IMG/VR virus record: IMGVR_UViG_3300029258_001891
Source of the DNA: an uncultured virus (IMG/VR IMGVR_UViG_3300029258_001891)
Taxonomy: Duplodnaviria > Heunggongvirae > Uroviricota > Caudoviricetes
DNA length: 64,000 bases
Reading direction: 5' to 3' (one strand)
Part shown: positions 62,476-64,000 of the stretch, piece after piece
Layout: the number at the start of each line of letters is the position of its first letter
Position numbering within the stretch: the first letter of the stretch is position 1
The notes under the pieces: model-generated
The model's database searches: none
Seen by the model: only the letters and a program-made list of their open reading frames with translations
Told to the model about the DNA's origin: nothing
Position numbers and translations under genes: made by a program

Positions 62476-62779
62476 TACCGTTGTCACCCTTCGTGAAGGA
62501 ATCTCCTACTTCACGTGCTTGAGCATTCTGTACGAAGACAACATCAACAGCGTCGGATTGTTCAACATGAAGATCGTCCATGACAGCAACATTCCCGGCG
62601 AGAACATCCAACTACATCGGTCTTTGCTTCAAGCGCATGTGGTGAACCTGAAGCAAATCACGCAAGCAGCCGCGATGAAGACAAAGCCGAATGCGGGAGG
62701 TATCATCACGCCCGGAAGCCCTCAATACCGAAACAAGTTTGGTCCTCCGCCTAGAAAGAAGAGAGGAAGAGGACGATGA
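62351..62779 (+). CDS. hypothetical protein
   Basis: ATGA coupling to the polymerase gene. Confidence 0.65.
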   Translation: MSEEEKTPQEEPPKSSGKVKSIDILMGVPNQDEEEKEKQKYSTVVTLREGISYFTCLSILYEDNINSVGLFNMKIVHDSNIPGENIQLHRSLLQAHVVNLKQITQAAAMKTKPNAGGIITPGSPQYRNKFGPPPRKKRGRGR

Positions 62780-64000
62780 AGATAAAGACTGTCAAGACGA
62801 AGAAGGACTTGCGTCTTCTGTGTGAATATCTTGAGGAAGTCAGCAAGCGCAAGAATCCGTTCTGGCGGGCTTTTGCTTTCGACACGGAGACATATGCTCC
62901 GGGCGGAAAGAAGACTTTTAAGAAAGAGGGGTTGGTTATTGACCGTGGACGTGTGATGTTCATATCCATCGCGCGAAAGAATCGTGCATGGGGAATCCCT
63001 CTATCCAGCTTCGATCCGGCGTATCTCGACACACAGTACGTTATGAAGAAGCTGGAACCTTTCTTCGCGGACAGAAGACTCACCAAGGTAATGCATCATG
63101 CCAACTACGACATCAACATGGTTATGAACCACGGCGTGAAGTTCGATCTTCGCTCCATCTATTGCACGATGATTGCGGGACACTGTTGGGACGAGAGAAT
63201 ACCTAATGCGCTCAAGGAACGCGCTGTTCTTATCGGAATGCGGCTTAGAAAAACGTCCAGTGTGGACATGAAGAACATCGATGAAATTGTTCCCTATGCC
63301 TGTAACGATGCTATCTCCACGTGGAAACTTTATGACGCATATGAGCGTGGGTACAAAGCCAGGACCGTTGACGGCGTTCGCAACATGCTGTTGAAAGGAA
63401 CGCGCCGAAAGTTTTTCGAGATGGAAATGGAAAGCCTCGCAGGTGTGATTCGCATGGAACGCCGGGGAATCAGACTGAATCCGAAAGGGATCAAGAGGAT
63501 AGATCGTCTTTTGGCAGATAAGATGGACAAATGTGCGGCCAAAGTCTATCAAAAGAACGGGAAGGAATTCAATCTCAATTCCAAGATACAGCTAGGAAAG
63601 TTTCTTTTCGGAAAATTGGGATTGGAACCTGTGGAGAAGACACCCACAGGCAGGCCGAAAGTTGACAAGGTTTGCTTGGCGTATTTGCTGGATGAACATC
63701 CGTTGGTGAAACAGATTGTCAACTACAACGCCTATCTCTCATTACGTAGATTTACCGGGCCGGATACGGGACTCTTTCTCTACTGCGACGATAACAACAG
63801 GATTCATACTACCTATTCGCAAGTGGGAGCGCGCACGGCCCGGTCTTCGTCGTCCAACCCGAATCTTCAACAGATTCCCTCTAAAACGGACATCCTTCAT
63901 ATCCGCGAATGCTTCGTGCCGAAACCTGGAAACAAACTGATTGTCGCGGATATGGAACAACTTGAATTGCGTCTTATGGCAATCTTCAGTTTGGATAAAA
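62776..64000 (+). CDS. polA: family A DNA polymerase (3' end truncated by window)
   Basis: Exonuclease motifs AFDTET, HHANYD, YACND; MERRGI; EFNLNS; SSSNPNLQQIP; motif A IVADMEQLELR. Confidence 0.92.
   Translation, partial: MKIKTVKTKKDLRLLCEYLEEVSKRKNPFWRAFAFDTETYAPGGKKTFKKEGLVIDRGRVMFISIARKNRAWGIPLSSFDPAYLDTQYVMKKLEPFFADRRLTKVMHHANYDINMVMNHGVKFDLRSIYCTMIAGHCWDERIPNALKERAVLIGMRLRKTSSVDMKNIDEIVPYACNDAISTWKLYDAYERGYKARTVDGVRNMLLKGTRRKFFEMEMESLAGVIRMERRGIRLNPKGIKRIDRLLADKMDKCAAKVYQKNGKEFNLNSKIQLGKFLFGKLGLEPVEKTPTGRPKVDKVCLAYLLDEHPLVKQIVNYNAYLSLRRFTGPDTGLFLYCDDNNRIHTTYSQVGARTARSSSSNPNLQQIPSKTDILHIRECFVPKPGNKLIVADMEQLELRLMAIFSLDK

Noticed and set aside
1..64000. CRISPR array, tRNA/rRNA, integrase/att site, reverse transcriptase/DGR
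   Set aside because: No repeat-spacer pattern, cloverleaf, recombinase or RT motif recognised by eye; short RNA genes could be missed without tools.

Overview
The window is a gene-dense segment of a large tailed dsDNA phage genome, probably a siphovirus (tail tube and a 1989-aa tape measure, no sheath). No host genes, integrase, tRNA, rRNA or CRISPR array were recognised. Layout: (1) 81-852, two + strand genes ending in a histone-H1-like Lys tail and a terminator. (2) ~1.1-7.15 kb, a minus-strand cluster of small, probably early genes (DUF1643-like, NUMOD4-HNH, and several proteins sharing a C-terminal W-E-D-A-V-K-A-L-E-R-L-like helix). (3) Overlapping face-to-face promoters at ~7.15-7.21 kb, then + strand accessory genes: a degenerate sulfotransferase, holin/spanin-like genes, many small Lys/Arg-rich proteins, a ~10 kb fibre/decoration cluster, a permuted papain-like peptidase and a lone receiver domain. 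(4) Intein-containing large terminase, portal, scaffold, major capsid protein followed by a highly structured RNA element, head-tail genes, tail tube, frameshifted tail chaperone, tape measure and a Cys-rich tail tip. (5) A replication module: SF2 helicase, two UDG-family proteins, initiator, putative origin, DnaC-like loader, DnaB, DnaG, an SSB-like protein with an 88-residue acidic tract, and a family A DNA polymerase running off the end. The best novelty candidates are the kissing-loop RNA after the capsid gene, the shared C-terminal helix tag, the basic proteins plus acidic SSB, and the Cys-rich tail-tip module. All calls come from reading motifs by eye; no database searches or folding programs were run.
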